A program made the translations under genes and the position numbers. The notes below the pieces were generated by a model, which did not search any database, was not told the origin of the DNA, and worked only from the letters and a program-made list of their open reading frames with translations. Positions 44,939 through 46,221 of a stretch of 46,221 nt of DNA are shown here, piece after piece; the first letter of the stretch is position 1, and each line of letters begins with the position of its first letter. Source of the stretch: Candidatus Yonathbacteria bacterium CG_4_8_14_3_um_filter_46_25 (lineage in GTDB: Bacteria; Patescibacteriota; Minisyncoccia; Phycocordibacterales; UBA1539); NCBI GenBank assembly GCA_002788135.1, contig PFQT01000040.1:1-46221 (forward strand), given 5' to 3'.

Positions 44939-46037
44939 TTATTATTTTTCCCCAACTCCTCAATGGAGCTAACTGGAAATTATATCTCTTTGCAAGTTCC
45001 ATTATTTTATCAACATGCTCAATTCTTACTTTTCCTAATGAAAAATCCTCCATGCCTTCTGCTGCGACAATCATTGTTTCCGCAAGACAAGCAAATGTAG
45101 TTCCTTCTGGTGTTCCAATATTAAAATTGTATTTAATATTTTCCGGCAATTTTACAACCCCCCCATCAATCACAATGACATCTTTTCTTTCTTCTTGTAA
45201 CGACAGTGAAACATTTTGTGGTTGTGTAATATCATAAATAATCACCCCATTTTTTAAATTATCCTTTGATAATAATACTTCGGTAGAACTTGTTGCCATT
45301 ATTATGATATCAGCATTTTTTACAGATTTAATGTCCGTAAAGGTCGAGATGGAAACTTCTTTGTATGCACTTGATAATTTATTTGCAAGTTCATTAAGGT
45401 GTGCTGCGGTTTTTCCAACCGCAAGAATATGACGAGTATATCTATCCCTTAACAACAGCTGACAAACCGCTTGTCCGATGGATCCCGTTGCGCCAACAAC
45501 CGCAAATATAAGTTTTTCATTGCGCATATTTTTTAAAGCAAGTACACGCGTAATTCCTTTGAGGGTCATCCCCACTGTAAGTGCATTCCCTGTAGTAAAA
45601 CCGACCTCGTGTTCTCTTTTTAGATCAATCCCCCCGTTTGTGATTGGAGATATCAATGCACCAAGTCCAATAACCCTTGCGCCTCTTTTTTGCGCCAACA
45701 AAACAGCTTTGTTTATAAATTTTTTTGCAAGTTTTCGGTCCGCTATCATTTGCTCCGCTGTGATTGGCAAAGAAATAATCCACCCAGGGATATTTCTTTG
45801 CCCATTTAGATTATGTACTCCTTGGATATACGAAACAGTAACTGGCCAAAAAAAGTGCGCTAACATGAATTTTATAAAACTTTTTGGAAGGTAGCGTAAA
45901 AGCGGATATTTTCGATAAATATCAGAGATATTCCTTGGGTGTACTAAAAACGCAAAACCTGCTGGGTTAGTTGGACATGGCTTGTAACGTACCATTAAAT
46001 CCGCAACGCTAGATATTGCAAGAGAGATAGTTTCCAT
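44910..46037 (-). CDS. Acyl-ACP reductase-like NAD(P)-binding protein (COG5322-type)
   Basis: FAFLVHP, GARVIGLGA, TTGNALT, AVVGATGSIG, DITQP.N, FACLAETM. Confidence 0.75.
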   Translation of the reverse strand: METISLAISSVADLMVRYKPCPTNPAGFAFLVHPRNISDIYRKYPLLRYLPKSFIKFMLAHFFWPVTVSYIQGVHNLNGQRNIPGWIISLPITAEQMIADRKLAKKFINKAVLLAQKRGARVIGLGALISPITNGGIDLKREHEVGFTTGNALTVGMTLKGITRVLALKNMRNEKLIFAVVGATGSIGQAVCQLLLRDRYTRHILAVGKTAAHLNELANKLSSAYKEVSISTFTDIKSVKNADIIIMATSSTEVLLSKDNLKNGVIIYDITQPQNVSLSLQEERKDVIVIDGGVVKLPENIKYNFNIGTPEGTTFACLAETMIVAAEGMEDFSLGKVRIEHVDKIMELAKRYNFQLAPLRSWGKIINEYDHKWNY

Positions 46038-46221
46038 TTTTATTAAGAAAATTTAGCAAGAAAAGCTACTATTTCTTGCGTAATTACACCCCAGAATACC
46101 AAAAATCTCTTGAAATTTCAATATAACTATCCACATATATGGTTTACCTATAAGTGAAAATGGGAAAATGGGGATAAGTACAATATTTTTCATAAATATG
46201 TGTCATAGTATCTTCTTCGGT

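Noticed and set aside
736..45894. Numerous antisense or overlapping ORFs (e.g. 1098-1856, 25277-26122, 43623-44243)
   Set aside because: They are shadows of well-supported genes on the opposite strand or in another frame

Overview
This window looks like a chromosomal fragment of a Patescibacteria (CPR) bacterium, probably Parcubacteria-like, using genetic code 11. The taxon is inferred from gene content and style, not from a search. Core genes are uvrC, rmuC, rplU, recR, dnaB, corA, ctpA, rplI, rpmA, mutY, nth, gltX, murG, ftsW, mraY, a D,D-carboxypeptidase and scpAB. Where they start a transcript they are mostly leaderless or near-leaderless (a TANNNT box 6-10 nt before the ATG, no Shine-Dalgarno). 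Scattered among them are stand-alone orphan cassettes with a -35/-10 promoter, a strong SD and usually a terminator. The main unexplained signals are: (1) two tandem, separately promoted and terminated long-hairpin RNAs (20512-21012), each exposing an anti-SD loop (CCACCUCCU and CUCCCUCCUCCC); (2) a five-gene surface-fibre locus (6620-14814) built on an Asn/Thr/Gly 'TGNA' repeat plus TasA/CalY-like subunits, with long structured spacers; (3) a divergent small alarmone synthetase whose SD-led start is one base out of frame at an A6 run, next to a Mesh1-type hydrolase and a broken PP-loop (QueC-like) gene, between two 7TM histidine kinases, with an acyl-ACP-reductase-like gene beyond the second kinase; (4) three dispersed palindromic repeat families and dif-like arms; (5) several pseudogenes (aspS fragment, Nudix, MGMT, DUF1653). 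No tRNA, rRNA, CRISPR array or transposase was recognised. All calls come from reading the sequence by eye; no searches or folding programs were run.
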